DNA of 64,000 nt from Strigamia acuminata (Eukaryota): NCBI GenBank assembly GCA_949358305.1, contig OX442314.1, positions 3,720,001 to 3,784,000 of the forward strand. Direction: 5' to 3'. The position numbers and the translations under genes are program-made. Below the pieces are notes generated by a model. It did not search any database and had not been told where the DNA came from. It saw only the letters and a program-made list of their open reading frames with translations. Positions 21,601 through 32,029 of the stretch are shown here, piece after piece. Position 1 is the stretch's first letter; every line of letters begins with the position of its first letter.

Positions 21601-23456
21601 AGCTACACACGGACGCATCACAGGACGGCGTCGGAGCGGTACTGATGCAACGGGACGAGAACAACGAACTACACCCAATACTTTACGCGAGCAGAACGAC
21701 CACCGACTGCGAAAAGCGTTACCACTCGACGGAAATCGAGCTAATGGCGGTGGTGTGGGCGGTACTGAAGTTTAAAATGTACCTGTACGGGGCCGAGTTC
21801 ACGATTGTCACCGATTGCGAGGCGGTGCGGTACGGGCTAAAGAAGAGGGAGCTGATGCCACGAGTTGGGAGGTGGGTGCTTGCGCTGTCTGAATACGACT
21901 TTAAGGCAACACACCGGCCGGGACTGCTCATGGGACACGTCGATGCATTGAGCAGAAACGCCGAGCCACTCAGCAGCGAAGAGACAGAATTCGAGCGGCG
22001 GTTCCAGGTCAACCAGATCAAATTTTTGGAGGGCGACTGGCTTGTGGCTGCACAGGGGAGCGACCCTGACTGCAAGGAGATGAGAGATGCGCTTCTGGCC
22101 GAGAATCCAGACTCGTTGGACGAGCGGGTACGGCACAAGATTCGGGGGTACAAAGTGAAGCGTGGACACGTGTACTTTGAGCTGACACGGAACGGACGGC
22201 GGAGGGACGTGCTGTATTTGCCAAAGATGATGAGACGGCAAATTATACACGAGGTGCACGAAGGCCACGCGCACCCCGGCGTCGACGCAACAATCGAGGC
22301 GATTTTAAAGAGGTTTTGGTTTCCGAAAATGAGGAAATTCGTCAAAGCAGCAATTGGGGCGTGTGTCGCATGCCTGATGGGAAAGGAGCCAGGTGGAAAG
22401 CGCGTAGGAGAGCTAAATATCATTGAGCGAAAAAGGGTGCCATTCCACACCGTTCATGTGGATCATGTGGGCCCGTTCCCGAAGAGCGGCAACGGATTCA
22501 AGCACATCTTGGTGGCAGTGTGCAATTTCTCCAAGTGGGTGACGTTAATGCCGGTGAAATCAACAAATGCAGTCACCACGTGCAGGGAGATGAGGCGCCT
22601 GTGCACACGGATGTGGATTCCGACGCGGATTATTTCTGACCGGGGAACGGCTTTCACCAACGCGCTATTTACGCAGATGTGCGAGGAGCTGGGAATCCAG
22701 CACGTCCTCACGTCGACGGAAAACCCGAGGGCAAACGGGCAGGTCGAGAGGATCAACCGTACGTTGGTTCCAATGCTGGCGAGCCAAACGACGAGGGACG
22801 ATGGCAGCGACTGGAGCAAAGGGGTTGCCAAAGTTGAAGTGGCGCTGAATTCGAGAATAAACCAGTCAACGAAGAAGACGCCGATGGAAATTCTATACGG
22901 GTTCCAGCCACGGACTGTGGTCGAGCCAAAGTTGGCAGCGATAGTGGTCGACGAGGACAGCGAGGACGAGGCCGAGATCGAGACCACGAGAGACGAGGCG
23001 TTCGAAACATTAACGGCAGGCCAAATTAAACAAAAGCGAGCATTCGACAGGCATCGGGGGCCAAATCGCAGATACGAGATCGGAGATGTCGTTGTCGTCC
23101 GGCGGAAGGCGATCGCCATCCAAGGAAAGGCTGGGAAATTGAGCAGCTTATATCGAGGCCCATTGCGAGTCCGCAAGAGGATCTCGAGCACGGTGTACGA
23201 GATTACGAGTCTCGAAGAGCCACCGCGTTACGTGACGACGGCGCCGATCGACCAGCTGAAGAAATGGGTGGTCGACGACGACGCCACATCGGATACGGAG
23301 GAGGACGAAGCGACGGGCGTCGGCGAGGGCGCCGACGATAGTCGGATGACCGAATGTAGAGTTTCGGGGTCGTTGACACGCGTTACAGGGGGGAATCTAA
23401 CTTGTGAGGCTCGAGGACCACCAGCGCGCATTGCGTGGGGGGAATCGAACTTGTGA
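18603..23456 (+). CDS. Single-ORF Gypsy Gag-Pol; probable start at ATG 18603; stop lies inside the 3' LTR
   Basis: SAP-like N-terminus, capsid (LPRFSG), three CCHC knuckles, protease IDTQS, RT YMDD, RNase H, integrase HHCC and DDE. Confidence 0.95.
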   Translation: MAAKQKRAAVLAKIQRGELPADDEWERLRIQDIQPLLRARNIAPPKLKFDCLSLLRQVLREEAGIENDDEENDEETDEDDGDEPKVEEINKNDESRETNVPPAASGAFSMEQMAQMMQMMQVMQGMQKEPKEVKNAPKLPRFSGDQNELRTTTAWLHDVDEYATEYKWTNVTKVTSAAAALDGPAKVWHENAGTTIRKFDEWAAELKRNFPDQQLTYEEKERLIRAPQKSDEAAETYLRRKWATCEKLGMTIGDAQNYLLDGLKIKSAVSPMYFQQYQHISEIVRTMRGVEARTKGATIETKGKATTTATKSNGKSYDAGPKCFKCGEKGHQRADCTNEFKCFKCHESGHLSSACPNGTKCFNCNGFGHMANACPEPRKERKQPLKSKADVKAKEVKKVVVTSMQPKFQVEMRIDGKACSAGIDTQSDVCLISKTFAKRTKIDEPNYEYVIEGFNQDASSYRGRTKCDVECAGVRLENIEFYVVDEAKMATEAWIGKPFLEHSSITMQSEGGRVTFKQGEEIRDESGIAEIEPKPATMKPRALVIDENRIVPAHSVSLVSVRAKNQPDGLFYVESERAMADRLGVPEGLIEIKDERATMPIINDGPEEVRVVRGRKLGHAEITEEEPSLRQIKVKKVATSETGTRARVTAADINLGKAVTAEETEIVLNIINDEFRDCFATNLEEVGCFPGYQMDIELTTTKPTNLRRYQYSAAQQKEIDKMVSELEGAGFITRSKSPFNSPIVMVKKKTGEWRICIDFRSLNEITVKEHFPCPRMEELLDGTHDWRVFLVFDLASGYYQIEMTAAAQEKTAFSTMSGKYQFVRMPFGLINAPFVFNRVMELAFGHLSYEILRRYMDDLLSGASTSAELIEKMRKILIEVRRSKLTLKLSKCHFLCEEVQFLGLRLTDGGLRPGLEKTSAIRNFPRPRDVRGVRSFLGLCGYFRRFIAGYATKTSALTALTRKNVPFVWAIECEAAFQNLISELIAEPVLKIYNNTRPCELHTDASQDGVGAVLMQRDENNELHPILYASRTTTDCEKRYHSTEIELMAVVWAVLKFKMYLYGAEFTIVTDCEAVRYGLKKRELMPRVGRWVLALSEYDFKATHRPGLLMGHVDALSRNAEPLSSEETEFERRFQVNQIKFLEGDWLVAAQGSDPDCKEMRDALLAENPDSLDERVRHKIRGYKVKRGHVYFELTRNGRRRDVLYLPKMMRRQIIHEVHEGHAHPGVDATIEAILKRFWFPKMRKFVKAAIGACVACLMGKEPGGKRVGELNIIERKRVPFHTVHVDHVGPFPKSGNGFKHILVAVCNFSKWVTLMPVKSTNAVTTCREMRRLCTRMWIPTRIISDRGTAFTNALFTQMCEELGIQHVLTSTENPRANGQVERINRTLVPMLASQTTRDDGSDWSKGVAKVEVALNSRINQSTKKTPMEILYGFQPRTVVEPKLAAIVVDEDSEDEAEIETTRDEAFETLTAGQIKQKRAFDRHRGPNRRYEIGDVVVVRRKAIAIQGKAGKLSSLYRGPLRVRKRISSTVYEITSLEEPPRYVTTAPIDQLKKWVVDDDATSDTEEDEATGVGEGADDSRMTECRVSGSLTRVTGGNLTCEARGPPARIAWGESNL

Positions 23457-23491
23457 TGCTTGAGGACCACCAGCGCGCATTGCGTGGGGGG
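23388..23491 (+). repeat. Two tandem 49-bp units in U3 of the 3' LTR
   Basis: ggggggaatc(t/g)aacttgtga(g/t)gct(c/t)gaggaccaccagcgcgcattgcgt x2. Confidence 0.85.
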
Positions 23492-24310
23492 CCACCGGAC
23501 GCTGCCGCCCAGTGACCACCCAAACGGGGTAATTATTGTAGGCAGCCAATCAAGGCTGTCGTGAAAAGGGGGAGAAGCCCTGGTTGTTTCAATAAAGAAA
23601 GACACTTGAGATATAGTTGTCAAAAAGCAAAGACGTGTTTTCTTGTCCACTATTTTCCTGTCAAAAGCAACATTCATGAAAAGTTCACAGAATAAAAACT
23701 AAAATCTTTCCTTTTAAAATTTTGGATAAAAAAAATCCAATTCCCATTCATCACAAAGCCCGCCTTATACCTGTAGTAGTCGTGGTTGAAGGAAAGGTCT
23801 TCGCAGTACATGGCGTCCGGGCGCATAATCGGATCGAAGCGCACGTCGTTTCTGCAGATAGGCCTAAAAAAAAAATAGGTTTTTGTCCATAAAATATTTT
23901 GGAAATATAACTGAAATGCAAAATTTGCAAAGCCGAAAGTTATATTTCCAAATTGTACACAACATAAAATTTTCAATGACTTTCCAACACTGAATGCAAC
24001 TGTTTCCAAACGACTTTTCATAGCATTATATATTCCATTTCCAAACAGTTAAACACATATTTCTCAACCAGTAAAGTTAAAATTTCCAAATGTAAAATAT
24101 GAGTTTCCCATCGGTAAATAACAACTTTCCCAATATAAAATTTGATATTTCTTACATTTCTACTAAATTACATGTATCACATTGTTTCTTATTATTATCA
24201 TCATTGGTTGTTACTTCAAGTACTTTTTATACAATTGATTTTATATTTATTAATTTAACTCCAACACGGATCACTCCTTATTAGCGAATCCCATTTTAGC
24301 AAATTTTAAT

Positions 24311-24939
24311 AGGGGGTTTCATTAAATGAGTGATTAGTTGATTACTTTGATTACTTTGATTACTTGATTATTTGATGTATCATGTGACTGGATTCAACCA
24401 ATCCTGAGAATAATCACTTCAGCAAATAAGCAACTAAGCAAGTAATCAAGTAATCATCCCAAAACATGATTTTCTGCTGACTTGGGCGATTATGAGTGCT
24501 CTCTCAACTCAAACCAACATGGCGGCGCCACACCCGCTTCAGCTAAACAAGGTCATAATTTAACAAAGTGTGCTCAGTTTAGGTTAAACTGAACACACAA
24601 AACAAGTTAGGGAGTTGCAATTGTTACTTGTAGCAACTTTTTTTAAACAATTGCTACGTATCTAGGTTACACTTTAAACAATTCCGCCCATCGGAACAAT
24701 CTACATGTTACGGTTGCTGCATCACCTTTTTAGGTTTTCCCTTGCATGTTTGCACAGAAAGTCATGTGACCAACACAGAAAGTCATGTGACCAACACAGA
24801 AAGTCATGTGACCAACACATAATCACACCTACCAATAATCACATAATCATATTTTTTGTTTGGCCCTCAATAATTGAGTGATTATGATTATTGCAATAAT
24901 CAAAGTAATCAACTAATCACTCATTTAATGAAACCCGCT
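24311..24939. mobile_element. MITE with ~43-bp TIRs (TSD AAT or TA) and an internal 21-bp x3 repeat
   Basis: agggggtttcattaaatgagtgattagttgattactttgatt / aatcaaagtaatcaactaatcactcatttaatgaaacccgct; cacagaaagtcatgtgaccaa x3 at ~24753-24815. Confidence 0.85.
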
Positions 24940-25096
24940 AATTTTATAAACCCATTTTAGCGATCTCATTTTAGCGAAAATGAGATTACATCACCGCAAC
25001 ATTGGGTGCATTTTAGCGAAACCCGTTTTAGCGAAAAATGTATTTTTTAAAAAAAGATCAAACACTGTGCTTTTACATTATAAATGAATAACTAAC

Positions 25097-25417
25097 CCAA
25101 CTAGGAATTGCACGTTTAAACTTCTCACTTCTCTTCCAAACAAAGTTGGACGGAGAAATAACTCGAGATCGTTTTTCCGGCGATTTTGTAGATTTGCGCG
25201 TCATTTTCGGCCTGTTTTGTGGCGTTTTCTTCCGCTTTTCGGCCGGTTTCGTCGGTTTCTGCGTAGATTTCGCTCGTTTTTGCAGAGTTGTCGTTTGCTT
25301 CACCGGCGTTGTTCGTTTCTGTGGACTTTTCGTCCGTTTCGGCGAAGGTTTCCTCCGTGTTGACGGAACGTTCGCCACTTTCGCCACTTTCGTCGGAGTT
25401 TTGGCTATTTTAACCAC
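25097..25417 (-). other. Putative exon encoding a K/R/S/T/P-rich heptad-repeat peptide (SPQKRTK-like), flanked by TTTTAGCGA repeats
   Basis: Open frame with 21-bp periodicity ending at the donor-like TGG|GTTAGT; no clear ATG or acceptor. Confidence 0.4.
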
Positions 25418-25549
25418 TCCGTTTTAGCGAATCTCACTTTAGCGAATCTCACTTTAGCGAACACATCGTTTTAGCGGATTTTTTGGCGCTAAAACAAGGT
25501 ATTTGCTAAAACGAGTCGTCGCTAAAACAATGTGCACTCCCACAACAGC

Positions 25550-26150
25550 GTCAAATACTATACGCATTTTTGTCGTCGTTCGATTTTCGCGGATGACTAG
25601 TTTATGCGGCATGTAATAAGTTGCGTTGGATTCATCGTTTTATTTTATCTCCTCCACGATTCCTTGTTCCAGTTGGTCGTCTATCACCAGTCACCACTTT
25701 GTATTCGAAGTAAAGGTTGGGTTGCTTCCGGAATCTGCGAATGAGATTTAAAAACGCTGTTCTGCCACTTGACGGTTGTCTTCGAGTTTGTCTGGATTGA
25801 TGATCCACAGCATGTCGACCATTTAATTGAATTCCCATGATGGGAATTCAATTAAATGGTCGACATGCATCCATTTAATTAAATTATTAAATCTTTCCAA
25901 TGCTTGCATTTCATCCGTTGAGTTTATTGATTCGTGCTTTACTCCAATAGCTTCTAATTCCCAAAATTGGCGAAGAATGTTGTCATTGGATGGATGAACC
26001 ATAATTTGGTTGATGCGATGTGTCTGTGTTGCAAGGATTTGAGTTGCTTTCGTTGTCTGGCCATGCAGGGTCCAACCAAATATTGTTTTTACTGCCATTA
26101 GATGTTCTTCAATTGCCTTGATTCGTTCCGTCACCACTTTCCAATAGTTA
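25550..26150 (-). pseudogene. Decayed BEL/Pao pol fragment (also, inverted, at ~42490-42823)
   Basis: TIFGWTLHG, LRQFWELEAIGV and YYMPHKLVIRENRTTTKMRIVFDA match motifs in the intact BEL ORF at 32030; frameshifted. Confidence 0.8.
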
Positions 26151-26469
26151 TCGCGTCTGATCAAAATGGCAACTTGTCTGCAAGTTGTGAATTTAATAAA
26201 TAAATAAATAAATAAATAAATAAACCATGCACCATGGATATTGATGTGAGCTCATACATCCTCTTCCATCTGAAACTATGAACTTTTCTATCAAGGAATT
26301 GAATTCCCTCTGCCTTTTCAAAGTTATTTACCAATGCATTAAAATGCATTTGATTTTGACTTTAGATAAAAATTTGAATAGACTGTGATGTGTTTACAAC
26401 ACAATTATTTAAAATGGCTATTGATGCCTATAGTGATGTCATTGGCTTGGATGATATTTTGGTGCAATT

Positions 26470-27433
26470 TGTGGTGATCTCAAATATTTCACCAACTTAG
26501 AAGATAAATTAATTGTGTCTTCTAATTAATTTGACTGTGGCACACGCCAAGTCGAATCATGTGACGAAGGGGAGGAAACTTTCCTAGGCACATATCACCC
26601 CAGGTTGGCTGGGGTGAAAGACGGTAATTAACCGTTATGGTGCAATATTGGGCAATAATCCTTTGTTGCACCAGTTTCAGCTAATTGCGCAGATTATCTG
26701 CGCAATATTGAAGCGTGCCGGGCTCGCGCCCTAGCTTCAATCGGGACTCTTGACAAAATACACAAACCACAAACATCACTGCTTTTCTGCTCCTGACAAA
26801 AAGTATTGATCGTGGACTGTGTAACCGTCAAGTTTCACCAGCTTGCTTTGTAACAACTTACAAGGCCAGCAATTCTGTTTGAATTAGCCGTAGCTAATTC
26901 CAGCAAACGTAGAGAAGAAGTTTCCCGACAATCGTGAACCATCGTCGTCGCTGCCGCGCGAACGTCAGCCACCGCCATCGTACGAGAGCCGGACGCCTGT
27001 AGCCGTCAACCACCGCCATCGAGCCGTCGCACGAGCCACAGAAGGACCCACGAGAACCATCGTCGCCAGGACCATCGTTCGTGAGTCGTTTAACGAAGAC
27101 ATTTTGCCTTCGTAACAACTTCCAGTTGTCAAGCGCCATCGCCGCGCTTTGTAGCTTGCAACAGTCGTTGCAAGCCCTTCCATTGTTATTTCCCGCTCAT
27201 TATTTCGCGACTTTGTCGCATATTGTTCTCATTTAGTCATTTTATACTTAGTCATTGTAATTAAGTGTAATAAAAAGTATTCATTTGAATTAAATACTGT
27301 CTTTTTATTTCTCTCTCTCATAAAATTAACCCTAGATAATTTACGGCCGCGATATAAGTCTTATTTTAGCATTCACCTGCGGTTTCCGAGCATATTAATT
27401 AGTAATTTGTTCGAAATAACCCGGATCGCAGCA
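26470..27433 (+). mobile_element. Solo LTR of the same family as 42982-43939; TSD AATT
   Basis: TGTGGTGATC...GATCGCAGCA flanked by AATT; empty sites at ~9753-9770 and ~42110-42128. Confidence 0.93.
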
Positions 27434-29648
27434 AATTTTCAAATTTGATCAATGTGAATCAAATTTTTTGCTAGTTTATTTTTTGGTGGTTTTGTTTTAT
27501 TTTTGTTTTATATTTTACACTAATTTAGTATTGGCTCTGCTGCACATAGTTAACCTTTTCTGATGTAGAACTCTGTACAGTATTCTGCTGACCTCTGCAG
27601 ACTATTCTGCAGACCTCTGCAGACTATTCTGCAGAAAAAGCCTTCTGCAGTTTTCTGGGAAATTTTTCTGCAGAAAAAGCCTTCTGCAGTTTTCTGGGAA
27701 ATTTTTCTGCAGAAAAAGCTTTCTGCAGAACTTTTTCTGCAGAAAAGGTTAACATTTTGCTGCAGAATTTTGTAGAATTTGGTAATTTTTTTCTGGAGAA
27801 TTTTGTAGAATTTGGTAATTTTTTTCTGGAGAATTTTGTAGAATTTGGTAATTTTTTTATGGAGAATTTGGTAATTTTTTCTGCAGAATACTTTTTTGAA
27901 TAGCATGCAGAATTCTGCAGAACTTTTTTTTTACCTGGGGCTTCTTTAATACCTTAATAATTCATCTGTATTTAACTGAATAAAATTAGTGCTCATTTTA
28001 TTTTAACCAATTTGTATTTATTTAATATTCCTAGACATTTCAGCCAGTTTAGAGTTTAAGTCCTACTTGTATAAAGGGCATCTCAACTGCATAATTTATT
28101 ATTTATTTAATAATAAGTTTTTAATTAGTTTTGACCAATATTATTTTGAAACTCAGTAGCAGTGATAAAAAATGTGTGTTAAATACTACTGTACTGATAA
28201 TTTGTGAAATATGATATTATGCATGAGAAAAGCAAAAACTAGGTTTGAACATAATTTATTCTTGATTTACTTTCTACAAACAAATTCACAGATGGAATGT
28301 CAAGCATTTCAATCAAACAAAAGTTAATCACCACCAGCACCTTTATCATCTTTATCTTTGTAAATGTGTTCGGAAGTAGGAAATGGTCCACGAGTGTTGG
28401 TCGAGTTTGTCTAACTGACTTTATTGGCCAAAAATACAAAATGGCTGAAGCCCAAAAGGATTAAGATAGCAGAACATGATTGGTTGGGCGGGGGGAGGGG
28501 TGGCGGGCGCCACCTCAAAGGAGTTGGCTGCACATATAAGGCAAAGCCTTACAATATTTTCTGCTTTTTCTTTAATCTAAGTTCTTTAGTACAGAAGTTA
28601 AAAAGTAGTGCTAAATTAGGTCTGAGCGTGGAGACTGCAGCCGCTAAAATAAAATTTAAAAAAGAAAAAAAAAAAACATTATTACTGTATTAAGATTTCT
28701 GCTTTTTACCCTCGGAGGCTTAAGGGTAAAAAATATGCGCCGTTCTGGTGTAAGGCATTTCGGATTTATGGACAATTTTCAGGTTCATTGCTCAAAGCGC
28801 AATTTAGTTATTTTTGTAGTTTTTTACTAATTTTATACTTGTAGAGGCCGCAATATGTTAATGCAATAATAATGAACTTTGAACCATCTGGTGGAGGTTT
28901 TAAGCACCACCAGTAAATGCAAAAAGGCTGTTAACTGAAGCGCTCTTTACTAAAGCAGCAAAGCCTGTTTAAAAATTTTGCTGATGGAACTTTAAGGGGC
29001 AGAAAATTTCAATTCAGAATAAGTAATTAAATAAACAACTAATACATACAAATTTCATACGAGTCAAAGTCTGACACCATATAAACAAAATCACAAATTT
29101 TCAGCAAAAAAAATTGATAGAAAAAAAATTCTTTATTCAAGAAAGAGCTTGTCTATAAATCCGTATAGCCTTATGCCTCCGAGGATTAAAGACTTTTATT
29201 TAACTTGACATGAATATTTGTTTGTTTCAACTACCGGCGTTGCTAGCCCCACCTGTACGTGACAGAAACTATCATGGATCCCAAAGCACCTGACCGAACT
29301 CTAAAACAGCTTTTATCGGTATGACTTTGGTACCACAAGAGTCTCCATCAATTCTGAAACCAGGCTCAGCTTGTAGAGGATTTAATGCGCTACAAACTTC
29401 TTTCGTACTGTATATTATGTCTTTTAATATTGTAAAGAAAAAGTACAGCCTTGGACATAAAAATTGTCCCAGTCCAGCTTGAAGCTCACCTGCAGAATGA
29501 GCGGTTTCAGCTGTATCCACCAGGTGGTGTAAAAACTTACTAATAAGTTGGAGTATAATAAATTGTCTGTGAAAAGTCTGTTTGGAAACGGTTGCATTCA
29601 GTGTTGGAAAGTCATTGGAAATTTGATGTTTGTACAATTTGGAATATA

Positions 29649-30354
29649 CAGGGTGAAAGAAAAGTCTGTCACTCTACTAAATATTTCTGAAAGTGCTGAT
29701 AATGCATCTAATCTAATGATGGAAAGTATTAAAGTTGGGTGGAAAATTTTTTGATGACCCAAAATTTGACCTTGGGATGTTCCTTCAAGGTCATTGGAAA
29801 ATTATCTTGGAAACCATTAGAGATAGACAGAAATTTCCAATTGTAAACTTGTAGAGCAACATTTATTTAGTCTAAAAATGACTACTCCTCAAATATTTTG
29901 GACTAAAAATTTTTAAGAAACTGAGTTTTTTTAAGACTTTTTCTTTTCAAAAACTCATTTTTCTGCCCATATTTCTGCAACGGTGCCAGATATGCAAATT
30001 CCAACTGGGAGAATCAATTTTTTTTAGGTCATTTTACATCTAATTAGCACGTTTTTGGCACTTTTTTAATTTGGGTCATTTTTCCTTTGACTTGTATCTA
30101 CTTTAGAAAATTGTGATTATCTTAAACTTTTTAAGTACAAAAGATTTGAGGAGTAGTCATTTCTAGACTAAATAAATGTTGCTCTACAAGTTTACAATTG
30201 GAAATTTGTGTCTATCTCTAACGATTTCCAAGATAATTTTCCAATGACCTTGAAGGAACATCCCAAGGTCAAATTTTGGATCATCAAAAAATTTCCCACC
30301 TAACTTTAATACTTTCCATCATTTATTAGAGTGACAGACTTTTCTTTCACCCTG
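29649..30354. mobile_element. Tc1/mariner-type MITE, largely palindromic, TA TSD
   Basis: cagggtgaaagaaaagtctgtcactcta / tagagtgacagacttttctttcaccctg, with long internal arms; absent from the duplicate copies. Confidence 0.9.
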
Positions 30355-30558
30355 TATAACTTTGGAGTTTGGAAATTTTGCATTTCAGTAATATTTCCAA
30401 AATATTTTATGGACAAAAATCTAATTTTTTTGCAGTGTAAATATCAAAGAAATACCGGTAGCGAAATAAATAGAATAGAAATAGAATACAATGGAAATAT
30501 TTACCATGCCAAAATTTCTAGTTATTAGGAAACGGAATAAATATATATTACTTCTTAC

Positions 30559-31401
30559 CTAGATCTAAAGGAACTGCACCTCTTTTATAAAGCTTGTTTG
30601 TGTTTTCAAATATCTCGTCCTCGCTTTGTTCATCACAAATTTTAAACTTAATTTTGTACAGAGAGTTTACATAGTAGTTACGGAGATAGTTGTTCTTCCT
30701 GTTGGACAGTAGTTTAAACTCGTTCTAAACAGGTGACAAATGCAAATATTGTTTACAAAGAGAGATCATGTTGTAAAAGGGAAAAAAATAATAATTAGCT
30801 CACTGATTTGAATAATGCTCCACACTTGGGTGATTCTGGAAAATCGTAGTCTTGTGCCTTGCAAAGTGTCGCCTAAAAATAAAGAAACAAAGTTGTCGGA
30901 AACGTTTATAGGAACAAACAGGTTTGTCTTTACTACAAATTACATTTATTTCTAAGAAGCCGGACATACAGCCACAGTAAATCTTGGAAAACTGAAAAAT
31001 ATCAACATTTTAGTGATAATTCAATGTAATATTTTGTCTTAAATCTACTTTGCCATCGTCTTCAGTGAAAACCTTGTTACCGTAGTTGCACAGCGCTTCG
31101 GCTGTTCTTTTAGTTGGATTGCATCCCTTGAAAAGTGAAGTCATTGAATTAGTACAGTTGATACCAATATGGATATGAGAAAATTTAACAATTTACAAAC
31201 AAAATTCAGTATTTAAACATTAAAATTGAGAAAATCACGTATAGAAATGCTATTACTGTGCGCCATTACCAATACAGGTTATATAAGTGTGACACTCGTG
31301 GATCAGGACAATGTGCATAAAAGCTAACTTACACTCGAATCCTCAGCTGTAGCCGTAGCAATAGCAGCGAGAATAAGAAAGAAACAGTTGAGGTTCAGCA
31401 T
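30559..31401 (-). CDS. Secreted Cys-rich protein, copy B: exons 31401-31333, 31126-31049, 30991-30944, 30872-30804, 30724-30559; exon 6 unresolved or disrupted
   Basis: MLNLNCFFLILAAIATATA-EDSS / GCNPTKRTAEALCNYGNKVFTEDDGK / FSKIYCGCMSGFLEIN / ATLCKAQDYDFPESPKCGALFKS / NEFKLLSNRKNNYLRNYYVNSLYKIKFKICDEQSEDEIF...; GT-AG sites and phases match copy A. Confidence 0.75.
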
Positions 31402-31943
31402 TCTGCAATGTGTGTAAAATCTAGACTGATTTAATTTGTTTTTAATGTTTATTCATGTATTTGATTTTAGTAATTTTGTCTTAGTTTAATTATCGATTGA
31501 ATTTAGTGATTGATTTGTGTTTATTACAATTAAGTGTTTTGTGTTTTGTTTTGTGTTTTGTGTTCTTTTTCATTCATTGTGCCTTATTGTGTATTATCGT
31601 GTTTAATTGTGTTTCATCATGGTTTTTGCTGACTTTTCAGTTGTGTTATTGCATTAAATTGTCTGTGTTCTTTTTGTGTTATATAAATCGCTCGAGGGTC
31701 TTTTCGAGAGCCCTCTTTTATGTAAATTGGGTATCTTTCGGCCCTTGTTGACCGGATGTAGACCCCGTTTTTTCTATGTAACCCACATTCCACCCTCAAC
31801 TCGCTGACCACGCGTCACTTGTGAAAAAGAATGTCATTTTTCAACTCAAGTAAAATTAAAAGTTGTTAAGTTTTATTTCGACCGTCGCTTTTGCTGTTTT
31901 ACAATTCATCACCCATCGTGAAGTTCATTTACAATTCGTAAAT

Positions 31944-31961
31944 TGGTGCCGAAACCCGGGA
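31944..31961 (+). promoter_or_regulatory. BEL primer-binding site, tRNA-Phe
   Basis: TGGTGCCGAAACCCGGGA is an 18-nt complement of the eukaryotic tRNA-Phe 3' end. Confidence 0.9.
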
Positions 31962-32029
31962 CATCTTTCCAGGGAACAAACTCGTAACTTCAATCTGAAA
32001 AAACTGCAAGTAGCATCTCGAATTTAACA

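Larger units (their letters stand above)
13391..23689 (+). mobile_element. Ty3/Gypsy retrotransposon, mdg3/micropia-like; 5' LTR 13391-13420 plus 18184-18402 (split by Copia), 3' LTR 23355-23689
   Basis: 5' LTR is TGTGAAG...AGTTCACA followed directly by the PBS. 3' LTR is TGTAGAG...AGTTCACA, preceded by gtcggatgaccgaa. The LTR interiors differ and no TSD is visible. Confidence 0.8.
25778..31083. repeat. Segmental duplication, copy 2
   Basis: Colinear with 9707-12519 and with the reverse complement of 40050-42823. Confidence 0.9.

Noticed and set aside
30970..31008. Alternative first exon MLIFFSFPRFTVA with a gtatgt donor
   Set aside because: Copy A shows the conserved exon is the 48-nt CGC exon in another frame, and a better signal-peptide exon exists at 31401.
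31497..31751. Hydrophobic 84-aa ORF (repeated at 37324)
   Set aside because: A T/G-rich LTR U3 translation with a non-ATG start; repeated only because the LTRs are identical.
31944..31961. tRNA-like sequences here and at 17962, 18403, 43942, 48238
   Set aside because: Only 10-18-nt complements next to LTR ends: primer-binding sites, not tRNA genes.
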